Assembly: GCA_965240325.2 (NCBI GenBank)
Contig: OZ251226.1
Location: 1,736,001 to 1,800,000, forward strand
Direction: 5' to 3'
Source of the DNA: Rebecca billardiae RCC1528
Taxonomy: Eukaryota > Protista > Haptophyta
Length of the DNA stretch: 64,000 nt
The notes under the pieces are model-generated. The model worked only from the letters and a program-made list of their open reading frames with translations. It did not search any database and was not told where the DNA came from. Numbering within the stretch: the first letter of the stretch is position 1; each line of letters opens with the position of its first letter. The translations under genes and the position numbers were made by a program. Of the stretch, positions 48,173 to 58,890 are shown piece by piece.

Positions 48173-51100
48173 TCACTTGAGCAGGAAGTCGCTGGGGCGC
48201 ACGTTGCAGATGGCCTTGACCACGTCGTCGCGCAGCGCGTGCACCGAGGGGTACGTCCGGTAGTCGCGCAGCCACAGCTCGTGCATGCACGTCTTGGCGA
48301 CGGGCAGGCTGCCGTCGGCGTCGAGCTTGCCGAACGAGATCACGATGCGCGGCCGCAGGCCGGCGAGCGGCAGGCAGCGCAGGCCGGTGACAAACTCGAG
48401 GAACTTGAGCCGGTGGTCGTCGCTCAGCTCGCTCGTGATCACCTGGCGCACCCACCGGCTGTGCACGGCGTCGCTCGGCAGCCCGCCCACGTCGCACTGC
48501 TCCACGAGCTGCTCGCCCGACACGAGCGTGCGGCCGCAGAGCAGGCCGGCCATCTCGCCGACTGCCATGTCAAGCAGAGGCTTGTGCAGCGGTTCGTACG
48601 AGCAGAGGCCGCGGGCGAACGCGGCGATCCCGCGCTTCCGCCGCTCGCGCTCGCTCGTGACGAGCTGGCGCGCGCCGAGCGTGATCGCCTCCTCCAGCTC
48701 CGCGAGGTCGCGCAGCCGCTCGTCCGCGCGCGCCGAGCCGCGCGCAAAGTCGTCCCACGTGAGGCCGTCGAGCGCGTCCTGCCCGCCCGCCCGAACCGTG
48801 TCGAGCAGCTGCTGCCAGCTGTCGGCGAGGCCGTGGCGCACCCAGCGCAGCGTGGCGATGCTCACCTCGGCGCTCTCGAAGCACGCGGGCGGCGGCAGCG
48901 CCGACTCCGCCGTGCCGTCCGCGCCCGCGTGCCTGCACGCGAGCAGCAGCAGCGGCGACAGCTGCAGCCCGAGCGGCACGCCTTCGATCAGTGCCTTGAG
49001 CGCGCCGTGACCAACCAGCTTGAGCAGCTCGTCGTCCGCGTCGACGCGGCCGGGCGCGTCGTCCGCGAGCGGCAGGTGCAGCGGGAGGTAGCCCGGCGAG
49101 TGCTCCAGCGCCTCGAATAGCGCCGGCCGGCTGCCGCCGTCGCGCCGCCTCGGCAGCTCGCCGAAGAAGGCGCAGAACATGTGATTGGTCAGACCGCCGG
49201 CGTCGACGCCCGCCTGCATCGCGTGCCGCGCCGGCCGCACCCCCGCCTCGTCGATGCAGCGCACGTGCAGCGGCGCGCCGAACTGCCGCGTCGAGGCGAT
49301 TTGGCGGAGCGCGTCGAACACCTGCGGCAGCACGTCGGCGCACGTGTGCAGCGTCTCCGGCGAGGCGTTCAGGTCGATGTAGATCGGAGCGTCGGACGAG
49401 TACTCGCGCCGCAGCTGCTGGCGCGTGCGCTCGAGCTGCTGCGCGGGCGTGGCCGAGGGCTGGCGCTGCGGCCGCGCGAGCTGCGGCACGGACGGCGGCA
49501 CGGACGGCGAGGCGGGGCGCGGCGGCGCGCGCGGCGGCGCGGGCGGCGGCGCCGCGGGCGCCGTCGGCGGCGCCGTCGGCGGCAGCTGCGGTGCCGAGAG
49601 CTGCCGCCGCTGCTTGCTGAGCGGGCAGCGGTGTGAGTCGAGAGGGTCGGAGCGAGCGCGCTTGAGCGCGCCGCCGCCGAGCTCGGCGGAGTAGCTGGCC
49701 ATCAGCGCCGCCGGCCGGCCGAGGCTCACGCTCGCGGAGATGGCGCGCCGGTTGCGCTCGGCGCGGGCCGAGGGCTGGCGCGTCAGCCCGTCCGGCGTCG
49801 CGCCGCCGCCGTCGTCCGCCGACGCGCCGTTGCGCCGGCGCGCACACACGATGCACACCTTCATCTGCGTGCCGCGGATCTTGAGCTCGCTGTGGTGCAT
49901 CTGGCGGCACAGGTCGCAGTGCTTCGTCGCGTCGAGCCCCGTCTTGCCAATCACCGGCAGCGCGCCCTCCTTGAACACCGCCTTGAAGTAGTGCGGCTCA
50001 ATCCTGGAGCGCCGGCTGCTGCCGTCCGCCTCCACCTCGACATGAAGGCGCATGATGATCACCGCCTGCTCGCCGAGCTCGGGTGCGGGCGCGGCGGCGG
50101 GCGGTGCGGACGACGCCGCGCCGCCGGGACAGCCGCGCGAGCCCGCGAGCCCGGCCACCTCCACGCCGTCTGACGAACCGTCGTTCACGCCCTCGCCGCC
50201 GCCGGCCTGCGCGGCGGCGGACGCGCCGCCGCCATGCTCGCGCGCGCCGGGCTGCTGCGTCGGCGCGCGCTCGAGGTCCAGTGGCTGCTCCGAGCCGCCG
50301 CCCGCCGCCCCGGCGGGCATCGCAGGCCGCGGCTCCAGCCGGGGCAGGAACGGCGCGCGCGCGGACGACGGCCTGCGCAGCTCCTCCCGCCGCTTCTGCG
50401 CCTGCTCGAGCTCCTGGCTCAGCCAGAACGCGAAGCTGGGGTGGTCGGTTTCCTTGGCGGCGGAGCCCCAGGGCGCGAGCCGCCGCTTGAAGCCGCGCTG
50501 GTACTCGGGTGGGAGCTGGCGCACCGCGCTCAGCACCATCTGCGAGAGCGCGCCCGCGTTGCGCATGTGCGCGTCGATGCGCAGCCTGCACGGGTCGTCC
50601 TCGTCCCGCGCGAGCGCCTCGGGCGAGGAGGACGAGCCGTCGTCGACCGGCCGAATTAGCATGGTGCCCTCCGGCGAGGGCGAGGGCGCCACTGGGCTCC
50701 CTTCAGGCGGCGCGTCCGCCGCCGCGCGCACGGGCGCGCTGGGGCGTGGCTGCGCCGCCTGCGCCGCGGCCGCGGGCCGCTCGGCCTCGCGCGCGAGCGA
50801 GGGTGCCGCTCGCCGTGCTGCCTCGGCCTCCGGTGGCCGCGTGGCGCTGTGGGCGGGGCGGCCACTGGCGTCCGCGCTGCCGCACGCGCCGGCGGGCGCC
50901 GCGGCAGATCGCGCGGTCGGCGCGGCAGCCGCCGCAGGCAGGCCTGCAGCGGAGGGAGCAGGAGGCGCCGAGCGGTCCAGCCGCTGCGCCTCGGCGCTCG
51001 GCTCGCGGCCGAGGCCCGCCGCCGCCGCCGGAGGCGTCGGCTCAGGCGGTGCTCCCAGCGCCGCCGAGCACGGTCCAATCGTGTCTGGCAGCCTGCCGGC

Positions 51101-53164
51101 TGGCGCGGCCTTGGCGCTGGCTGGGTGCGGCGCGGGCTGCCTCGGCTGCTGCGGCTGCGCCGGGCGCGGCTGCGGCTGCGCCGCCGGCGCCGGCCCCTGC
51201 GACGGCGCTGCCTGCGGCTGCGGCGAGGGCTGCGGCTGCGCCCCCGCCCGCCGCTGCGGCTGCGGCTGCGGCTGCGGCTGCGGCGGCTGCGGCTGCGGCT
51301 GCGGCGGCTGCGGCTGTGGCGGCTGCGGCTGCTGTGGCTGCTGCTGCGCCGACGGCTGCAGTGGGTTCTGAGGCGGCGGCGGCAGCGGCTTGGGCGGCGC
51401 CGGCTGCTGCGCCGGCTGCTGCGGCTGCGGCTGCTGCGGCTGCCACTGCACCGGCTGCGCCGCCCCGTGCCGCCACGCCTGCGCGCCCTGCTCGTACTGC
51501 GCGCAGCGCCCTCCTTGCGCTGCCAGCTCATCCGGTGCCGCGGACGCCAGCGGGTGCTGCCAGCGGTGCCACGCGTCGGGCGCATGCATCGGCTGCTGCT
51601 CCCAGCACGGCCGCGGCGCGTGCCGCTGCTGCTCGAGCGGAGGCGGCCCTCCGCGCGGGTGCCACGGCAGCGCAGCCTGTGCATACTTCAAATCCTGCGC
51701 GGCGTGCGCGTGCGGAAACGCGGCGGGCGCGCGCGCGAGGTCGTCCGCCGAGCCGCCGGGGCCGAGCGCGCCCTGCGCGAACGTGCCCTGCACGCGCGCC
51801 CACTGGTGCTGCGCCTCGCCCGACACGGGCGCGAAGCCCACCGCAGGCCCAAGGCCGTCGGGCCAGCGCGCGGCCGCGTGCGGCCCCGCATGGCCCGCCA
51901 CCTGCGACGGCGGCGGCCTATGCACGGGCGGCACGTCGTGCGCGCTCCCGGGCGCGCCGCGCGCATGCTGCGCGAACGCCTCCGGCTCGCCTGGCGGCGG
52001 CAATGGCTGGCCGTACTCCGCGGCCGCCGCCGCCGCCGGCTCCGCGAGCCGCCCGCGGATGATCTCCTCCATCGCCATCAGTGTCGCGACCGTGTCGCCC
52101 GGCAGGTGCGGGTGGCTGCGCACGTGCAGCACGTGGTCGCGCAGCTTCGCGCACGACTTCTCGTGCTCGCTCAGCCGAGCGCGCGCGCCTCTGTAGTGCG
52201 CGCTCAGCTCGGCTTGCAGCGCGCGCGAAGCGTCGGCCTCGTGAGCCTTCTCCTGCGCCTGCCTGCGCGCCTCGGCCAGCTGCGCGTCGCGCTCGCTCAG
52301 CTCGCGCTGCAGCCGTGCGAGCTGCTCCTCGAGTATCGGGGCGCGGTCCACCGCCCCCGGCACCGCCGCCTGCGCCGCCGGCACCGCGCCCACAGCCGCC
52401 GGCCGCGCCGCCGTGCCGCCGGCGAGCTGGTGTGAGGGCGTGGTCGGCGGTGCCGTCCCCACGACTGCCGCAGGGCTGGTCGCGTTCGCACCGGCCTGCA
52501 CGCCCGTGCAAGGGGCGGGCGAGGCGGTGCGTGTTCTCGCAGGAGCGGACGCCGGCGCCGACTCCGCGGGCGACGTGGAAGGAGTCGTCGTGAGTGCGGG
52601 CGTCGCCCCCAAGTCCACGGCGCCGTCGGCGTGCGCCGCATTGGCGGTGCCGGGCGGTGCCGGCGGCGGCAGCGACGGCGACGGGCTCGTCACGGCTTGG
52701 TGCAGCACGCAGGCGCCATCGGGCACAATAGCAGGTGCACCGACGCGCGAGGCCGGGGCCACCCTTGTCGCGTGCGCCGCCTCGCCCGCTGCCTGCTCAG
52801 GCAAGGCGTGCGAGCGCTCGTCGGCGCGCCGCAGCGGCACGCGCGCGATCAGGCTGTCGGCTCCGGGGAGAGGAGCGTCCGCCGACGGCGCCGGCCGGCC
52901 GCAGCTGGGTGCCCCCAAGCCCACGGAGACGCGCTGCAGACGCGGATCCGTCACATCTATCACCTCGAGCTCGTCCGTGCCCGCGCGTTGCAGGACTAGG
53001 TCGAGTCGGCCCGCGTCCACGTGTCGCCTCGAATCGACGACGACGGCCTCCTCGGCGTCGGCGGAGGCGCTCGACTTGAGGAGCACGCGGTCGCCTTTGA
53101 AGTAGTCGCTCTCCCCGCACCGCTCCCCCCCGTGCGGGCGATACTCAGGCGCGTCCGCAAGCAT
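48173..53164 (-). CDS. Large protein with a C-terminal divergent HECT E3 ubiquitin ligase domain
   Basis: GVDAGGLTNHMF, RLKFLEFVTG, LPVAKTCMHELWL (catalytic Cys in the usual xTC position), terminal F-containing tail. Upstream: coiled coil, P/Q-rich region and CxxC...CxxC motif. Start and hidden in-frame introns uncertain. Confidence 0.85.
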   Translation of the reverse strand: MLADAPEYRPHGGERCGESDYFKGDRVLLKSSASADAEEAVVVDSRRHVDAGRLDLVLQRAGTDELEVIDVTDPRLQRVSVGLGAPSCGRPAPSADAPLPGADSLIARVPLRRADERSHALPEQAAGEAAHATRVAPASRVGAPAIVPDGACVLHQAVTSPSPSLPPPAPPGTANAAHADGAVDLGATPALTTTPSTSPAESAPASAPARTRTASPAPCTGVQAGANATSPAAVVGTAPPTTPSHQLAGGTAARPAAVGAVPAAQAAVPGAVDRAPILEEQLARLQRELSERDAQLAEARRQAQEKAHEADASRALQAELSAHYRGARARLSEHEKSCAKLRDHVLHVRSHPHLPGDTVATLMAMEEIIRGRLAEPAAAAAAEYGQPLPPPGEPEAFAQHARGAPGSAHDVPPVHRPPPSQVAGHAGPHAAARWPDGLGPAVGFAPVSGEAQHQWARVQGTFAQGALGPGGSADDLARAPAAFPHAHAAQDLKYAQAALPWHPRGGPPPLEQQRHAPRPCWEQQPMHAPDAWHRWQHPLASAAPDELAAQGGRCAQYEQGAQAWRHGAAQPVQWQPQQPQPQQPAQQPAPPKPLPPPPQNPLQPSAQQQPQQPQPPQPQPPQPQPQPPQPQPQPQPQRRAGAQPQPSPQPQAAPSQGPAPAAQPQPRPAQPQQPRQPAPHPASAKAAPAGRLPDTIGPCSAALGAPPEPTPPAAAAGLGREPSAEAQRLDRSAPPAPSAAGLPAAAAAPTARSAAAPAGACGSADASGRPAHSATRPPEAEAARRAAPSLAREAERPAAAAQAAQPRPSAPVRAAADAPPEGSPVAPSPSPEGTMLIRPVDDGSSSSPEALARDEDDPCRLRIDAHMRNAGALSQMVLSAVRQLPPEYQRGFKRRLAPWGSAAKETDHPSFAFWLSQELEQAQKRREELRRPSSARAPFLPRLEPRPAMPAGAAGGGSEQPLDLERAPTQQPGAREHGGGASAAAQAGGGEGVNDGSSDGVEVAGLAGSRGCPGGAASSAPPAAAPAPELGEQAVIIMRLHVEVEADGSSRRSRIEPHYFKAVFKEGALPVIGKTGLDATKHCDLCRQMHHSELKIRGTQMKVCIVCARRRNGASADDGGGATPDGLTRQPSARAERNRRAISASVSLGRPAALMASYSAELGGGALKRARSDPLDSHRCPLSKQRRQLSAPQLPPTAPPTAPAAPPPAPPRAPPRPASPSVPPSVPQLARPQRQPSATPAQQLERTRQQLRREYSSDAPIYIDLNASPETLHTCADVLPQVFDALRQIASTRQFGAPLHVRCIDEAGVRPARHAMQAGVDAGGLTNHMFCAFFGELPRRRDGGSRPALFEALEHSPGYLPLHLPLADDAPGRVDADDELLKLVGHGALKALIEGVPLGLQLSPLLLLACRHAGADGTAESALPPPACFESAEVSIATLRWVRHGLADSWQQLLDTVRAGGQDALDGLTWDDFARGSARADERLRDLAELEEAITLGARQLVTSERERRKRGIAAFARGLCSYEPLHKPLLDMAVGEMAGLLCGRTLVSGEQLVEQCDVGGLPSDAVHSRWVRQVITSELSDDHRLKFLEFVTGLRCLPLAGLRPRIVISFGKLDADGSLPVAKTCMHELWLRDYRTYPSVHALRDDVVKAICNVRPSDFLLK

Positions 53165-53469
53165 GCCTGCGGTGACACGGCGGTCGGCGGTCGCGCACGC
53201 CGGTGGTATGACGACAGACGAGCCGCGCGCTTGCGTGGTGCCGCACGCACGGCCGCGGGCGAACCCAGCCCGTGCGAGCGCGAAAACCCACTCAGCCGCG
53301 GCCAACCGCCATCCTCGCGGTCGGGGTCGCCCGACGGGTCCGGGTCGCGCTCCAGTGGCTGCGAATTTTTTTGGGCCAGTGCGCGCGTTCCCGCCGCCGG
53401 AAAAAATGAAAGCTAAAGCTGCCACGATGGCGGACGCTGCTATGGCCGACTAACCCCGTCAGGCGTCAG

Positions 53470-55639
53470 TCACTTCCTGCCCGCATTCAAGAAGTTGTAC
53501 TTGACGAAGTTGGGCGTTCCGTACGCCGTCGGCCGGTTGTTCGGCGCGCCACGCGCGAGGATGAGGTCCTCGCGCAGCGCCTCGAGCGACTCGTACGCGA
53601 AGCCCTCAAACTGCGTCTGCTCGTCGGCGGTGATGGGCCGCTCCTCGCGCACGGCTTTGGCGATGCGCAGGTGCTTCACCTTGTCGCAGTAGTGCTCGAG
53701 CGAGTTGGTGCCGGCCGCGGGCGCCTCCTTCTGCAGCTGCTGGAAGTCCTTGTCCTTGCCCTCCGGCGTGTACTTCGGGTACTTGTGCGTGTTGTTGTCC
53801 ATGTCCATCAGCTCGTCCCAGTCGATGCCCTTGAAGAACGGATGCGCCATCACGTCGCGGAAGCCGTTGCCCCCGCACCCGAGCCGCTGGTTCGTGTCGC
53901 GCTTGAGCAGGCCCTTCAGCAGCTCGGCGGTCGGTTTGTCCGAGCCCTTGGGAATGGGGACGCTCCCATTCTTCGCGAGGAACTCGCTCTGGCCGCTGTC
54001 CTTGCCGCGAAGCGGGTTCTGCGCCCCGCACCGGCGGCGGCGGCGACGAGGGGTCGCAGCGGCACGTGGGCGGTGTGAGCGGCGCGGGCGGCCGCGCGTG
54101 GCGCCCTGCGCGTGCGGCGCGGGCGCGGCGCAAGCGCCGGGCATGGCAGCCGCACCTTCCCTGTGAGCATCTCGAGAACGAGCAGCCCGAGGTTCCACCA
54201 GTCTGCGCCCTCGCTATACTTTTCCGAGTACACCTCGGGCGCGAGATAGCCGTGCGTGCCGGACGTGCTTGTGAGCCGGTTGGCGCGCATGCGCGAGCTT
54301 CTGCTTGACGTCACCGAGCTCATCGACGAGCCCTCCTCCTCCGAGGCCGAGGCCGCGGCCGCGGCCGCGGCGTACGCGCTCTCCCTACGCCTCGAGTCCT
54401 TGATGTGCTCGCCGTCGAACGTCTTGAGTCGGTGCCACGAGCCGAGCCGCTCGTTGCCCAGGTCACCGCCCTCGAACACGCTGCGCACGGCGCCCATGTC
54501 TGCAAGCCGCGCATGGCCGTCCGAGGTGAGCAGCACGTTGTCTGGCTGCAGCGGCGGGTCGGACGCGGCGCGACGCGTGCCAGCGGCGGGTCAGGCGCGG
54601 GCGTGGCGTGGCGTGGCGCGCGCGGGCGGGAGGGGGTACGCGCGGCATGCAGCATGCGCCGCGCTTCCGGGCTGGGGTGCGGCCCACGCGTGCGCGCACC
54701 TTGATGTCACGGTGGAGCATGCCGCCCTCATGCAGGTGCGCGACGGCCAGCACGACCTGTGCCGTGTACAGGCGCGCGCGCTCGACCGGGTACGGCCCTC
54801 CCTTCTTGATGTCCGCAAACATGTTGCCCGAAAATTCGTAATCGGTGACAAAGAGGGCGTAGTGCTCCGTCTCGAGCGTGTACTTGAGCGAGAGGATGTA
54901 CGGGTGGTTGACGTGGGCGAGCGCGGCCTTCTCGCGGAAGCACGCGTGCACCTTGCCGCGGTCGATCAGCGCGCGCTTGTCCACCGCCTTGATCGCCACC
55001 AGGCGGCGGTTGCTCTTGCGTCGGCCGAGCACCGCGACGCCGTAGCCCCCTGCGCCGAGGTAGCGAAGAAAGTCAAAGTCGCCCACGCCGATGACCTTGC
55101 CAAGGTCGCTCCCCAGGCCACCGTTCGCGGCGAACGCGCGGTAGTACGACGACGTGAGGAAGCGCGGCAGCAGCTCCGTTTGCATGCGCGCCTCGATCGC
55201 ACCCTGCACGTCCTCAAAGCTCAAGCTCGTGAGCCCAGAGCTCGGCGCCGCGACCTTGGCGCGCGCGGCCGCTGCGAGCGGCGCCGAGATGCCGATGCGC
55301 TCCGCGCTCTGCTCGCCCATGTACGCGGCGGCCAGCCGCTTCGCTTGGTGCCGCCGGAGCAGCGTGCCCTCGCACACGCGGAACATCTCGAACTCGATCC
55401 ACGCGATGAGCTCGTCGCACCGGCGCGCCGACGCGCAGAACTTGACGAGAAAGTGCACGCCCACGCTGTCGTGCAGCAGCTCTTGCAGCGTTGGGACGGG
55501 ACCCGCCCCCTGGAGCGACAGGAGCCGACGTAGCGTCAGGCACATCATCGCAGGCGTGCACGTCATGGCGACGACGGCGATCGCGCACTCGAACTCGCGA
55601 GGCGTCGTTCTCAGGCCCGGTCTCATAGTTCAGAGGCAT
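53470..55639 (-). CDS. RGS-domain AGC Ser/Thr kinase (GRK-like); introns 55510-55588, 54546-54699, 54019-54155
   Basis: RGS: LQELLHD..GV.F...F...TELLPRFLTS..Y. Kinase: LGAGGYG, VAIK, HRDIK|PDN, DMG, GTHGYLAPE, DWW, RLGCG, HPFFKGIDW. Confidence 0.92.
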
Positions 55640-56030
55640 CTCCTCGTGAATACGGCATATTCCGTTTCAGACTGTTTCAGAGCCATCATGAGATGGATAT
55701 GTCCGATTTTCATCAGGCAATTTCTAGGAAGGGAGGGCGGCGGAAGGGGCCGTGGTGGCTACGATAGAGTTCCTGGTGGAAGGTGTGGCGAAGCGCGTCA
55801 AAAGCGGAGGGCCTTTTAACCTTTGCCCTTTTTGCTCCGGTCGCGGCGCGCTGCAATGACGAAAAGCCGCGGATCAGAAATCGATCGCGGCGCTCCGGCG
55901 CGCGCGCATCGCCGCCGACTCGCAAACTGGCTTTCCAGTGAGGGCAATTTCATCCAGTTTCCACCGATTTTAGGGCTTAAACACCGTACCGCACGGACGT
56001 AAACACCATCAGATCACGACCTCGATTGCA

Positions 56031-58163
56031 ATGTCGACCAACGGCAAGAAGATGCAGAAGAAGAACGGCAAGACAAGCCCGCCGCCGGAGATGCTCGTGC
56101 GCTGCGCGGGCGACTCCTTCGTCGATGCTGCGGGCCGCAAGCTCACCCTCCGCGGCGTCAACCTCGGCGGCTCGAGCAAGAACCCCACGCGCCCGGATGG
56201 CGCCACACATCTCCTCGAGGGCTTCTTCGAGGGCGCGCGCACCGCCTCGTTTGTGAATCGCCCCTTCGCGCTCGCCGACGCGGACGCGCACTTCACGCGC
56301 CTGCGCGCGTGGGGCTGCAACACGCTGCGCTTCATCATCACCTGGGAGGCGGTCGAGCACGCCGGCCCCGGCCAGTACGACGGCGAGTACCTCGAGTACT
56401 TGAAGGCGGTCGTCGAGAAGGCGGGCGAGTACGGCATGTACGTGTACATCGACCCGCACCAGGACGTGTTCTCGCGCTTCTGCGGCGGCGACGGCGCGCC
56501 CGCGTGGACCTTCGAGAAGGTCGGCCTCGACGTCCGCGCGTTCGAGGACACGGGCGCGGCGCTCGTGCACCAGACGTGGGGCGGCGGCGCGCGCGACAAG
56601 GCAGAGTTCCCGCGCATGTGCTGGCCGACGAACCTGCACAAGCTGGCGTGCGGCACGATGTTCACGCTGTTCTGGGCGGGCGACCGCTTCGCGCCCAAGC
56701 TGGCCATCGACGGCGTCCCCGTGCAGGAGTACCTGCAGGGCCACTACACGCGCGCGATGGCGGCGGTCGCGGCCAGGCTGCGCTCGCAGCCGCACGTCAT
56801 CGGGATCGGCACGATGAACGAGCCGCTGCCCGGGTACGTCGGGCTGAAGCGGCTGGACCGGCTGAGCGGGCCGCTCAAGAACGACCTGATGCCCACCCCC
56901 TTTGAGGGCATGGCCCTCGGCGCCGGCCACGCCATGCGCATCGGCCGGTACGCGATCGACGATCTCCGCTCGCTCGCCGCCGGGATGCCCGTCTCGACCG
57001 AGGTGGTGAACGAGGGGCGGCGCTCGGCGTGGCTGCCGGGGCACGAGTGCGTGTGGAAGGCGCACGGCGTGTGGGACGTGCGCGACGGCGCGCCCGTGCT
57101 CCTCCGCCCCGACTACTTCCGCGCATGCGATTTCGGCGTCGAGTGCTACCTGCCGTTCGCCGAGCGCTACGCGCGCGAGGTGCGCGCCGCCGGCCAGGAA
57201 GGGTGGATGCTCTTCGTCGAGATGCCGCCGGCGGACCTGGGGCTGTGCACGTTCCCGAAGATGGACGTGGCGAAGCTCGGCGGCGCCGTCGTCCACGCCC
57301 CCCACTGGTACGACCAGCTCACCCTCTTCCTCGGCCGCTTCGTCTCCTGGGCGGCGATCGACCTGGAGGTCGGTGTGCCGCGCATCGGCGAGGCGGCGGT
57401 GCGCAGGATGCGCGAGCGGCAGCTCGGCGAGTGCGCGCAGCAGGGGGTGACGATGGTGGGCGGCGCGCCGACGCTGATCGGCGAGGTGGGCATCCCGTTC
57501 GACATGCACAACCGCGAGGCGTACACCGCCGGCCAGCTCGCCAACTGCGAGGCGGCGCTCGGCGCGACCGTGGACGCGCTCGAGGCAAACAACCTGAGCT
57601 ACACGCTCTGGTGCTACACCGCCGACCACACGGCGCGGTTCGGGGACAACTGGAACCGCGAGGACCTGTCGCTCTTCTCGGCGGAGGCCGGGCGCGAGGT
57701 GCCCGCCGAGCTCGACCCGTCGGGCGTCCACCTCGGCGGCCGCGCGCTCCGCGCCTTCGTCCGGCCGTACGCGCAGGCGGTCGCTGGCGCGCCGGTCGGC
57801 ATCCCGCGCTTCGCGCCCGCCTCGCGCACGTTCTCGCTCACCTTCCGCCACGGCGCGGACGCGGCGGGGCCGACGGTGGTCTTCGTGCCCGTGCCGATCC
57901 AGTACCCGGACGGCTTCGAGGTGACGGTCTCGGACGGCCACTTCAAGATCGCCACGATGACGCCCGCGCAGGGCGGGTACGCTCTCGTCTCCTACATCCA
58001 CGACGAGAGCGTCGCCGAGCACACGGTCGTGATCGCGCCCAAGCGCTCGCGCTCGATCTCGGTCGACTCGCAGAACGTGACCGAAGGTGCGTCGCCGTCG
58101 GCCACCCGGATCAGGCGCCAGGGCTCGCGCCGCGTGCGGCCGTCCCGAGGACAAACGACCTGA
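56031..58163 (+). CDS. Glycoside hydrolase family 5, endoglycoceramidase-related (EGCrP / steryl-glucosidase type)
   Basis: LRGVNLGGSSK, TWEAVEHAGPG.YD, DPHQDVFSR, GGDGAP.W, MNEP (acid/base), HWYD, IGEVG (nucleophile), GDNWNREDLS, RPYA. Confidence 0.95.
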   Translation: MSTNGKKMQKKNGKTSPPPEMLVRCAGDSFVDAAGRKLTLRGVNLGGSSKNPTRPDGATHLLEGFFEGARTASFVNRPFALADADAHFTRLRAWGCNTLRFIITWEAVEHAGPGQYDGEYLEYLKAVVEKAGEYGMYVYIDPHQDVFSRFCGGDGAPAWTFEKVGLDVRAFEDTGAALVHQTWGGGARDKAEFPRMCWPTNLHKLACGTMFTLFWAGDRFAPKLAIDGVPVQEYLQGHYTRAMAAVAARLRSQPHVIGIGTMNEPLPGYVGLKRLDRLSGPLKNDLMPTPFEGMALGAGHAMRIGRYAIDDLRSLAAGMPVSTEVVNEGRRSAWLPGHECVWKAHGVWDVRDGAPVLLRPDYFRACDFGVECYLPFAERYAREVRAAGQEGWMLFVEMPPADLGLCTFPKMDVAKLGGAVVHAPHWYDQLTLFLGRFVSWAAIDLEVGVPRIGEAAVRRMRERQLGECAQQGVTMVGGAPTLIGEVGIPFDMHNREAYTAGQLANCEAALGATVDALEANNLSYTLWCYTADHTARFGDNWNREDLSLFSAEAGREVPAELDPSGVHLGGRALRAFVRPYAQAVAGAPVGIPRFAPASRTFSLTFRHGADAAGPTVVFVPVPIQYPDGFEVTVSDGHFKIATMTPAQGGYALVSYIHDESVAEHTVVIAPKRSRSISVDSQNVTEGASPSATRIRRQGSRRVRPSRGQTT

Positions 58164-58890
58164 CCAACCCCAACGTGCCACCGCCACTCCGCCATGCGCT
58201 GGGCGCAGGTATTCTCGGCCGCGTGTGCGGTCGTATCCACCGCTGCCTGGGCGGGCGTGGAGCCCGCGACTACGACGCGCAGCTGCCGTGAGGCCGGCAC
58301 GGCATGGGCTTGGCGCGGATGTCGCCAGGCGCTGGCCACCTGCGAGCAGCGATTTGCGCCGCCCGGCCGTGGTGCATGATGCTGGTGCATGTGCACGCCA
58401 AACGACGACCGCCCAACGGCGGCGGGACGGCTATGTAGTGACTGCTCTCAGCTAGGTGTCACACTCGTGAACAGCATTAGTTAAATAATGCGCGACGAAT
58501 TAATATATATGCTAGCAGAGTAAGTCATCACAGAGGGTTACAGCAGAGTGGCGAGTATATAGTATTAGCATGCGCAGCAGTCGTTGCCGGTGATGTCCAT
58601 CCGATGATCCGGGCTGCTACGCTGCAAATTGATCGTCGCGATCGTAGCAGCCTGCTATGATAGTAATAAGCAGGCTGCGGATCGATGGGCGACGCCGCGA
58701 CGCCGACGCGACGATGATGATCATCATCATCTCACATCTGCTGCGGCTATATATCATATCGATATCGTCATCGCGTCATCGATCAGCATCTAGTTATCGT
58801 CGTCATGCCGCCTCACCTCAAATGGCCCTCAGAGAATATGGTCTTCGTGCTACCACTTACCAGCAGGTTGTCGTCGGTGACCGCTCTCCG

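Noticed and set aside
50052-52435. Cys/Gly-rich or Arg/Leu-rich plus-strand ORFs resembling metallothionein or keratin-associated proteins
   Set aside because: Antisense shadows of the CAG/CCG (Gln/Pro) tract of the HECT gene.
55977-58187. 736-aa minus-strand ORF and similar long antisense ORFs over other genes
   Set aside because: Shadow frames produced by strong GC3 codon bias; the opposite strand carries the recognisable protein.
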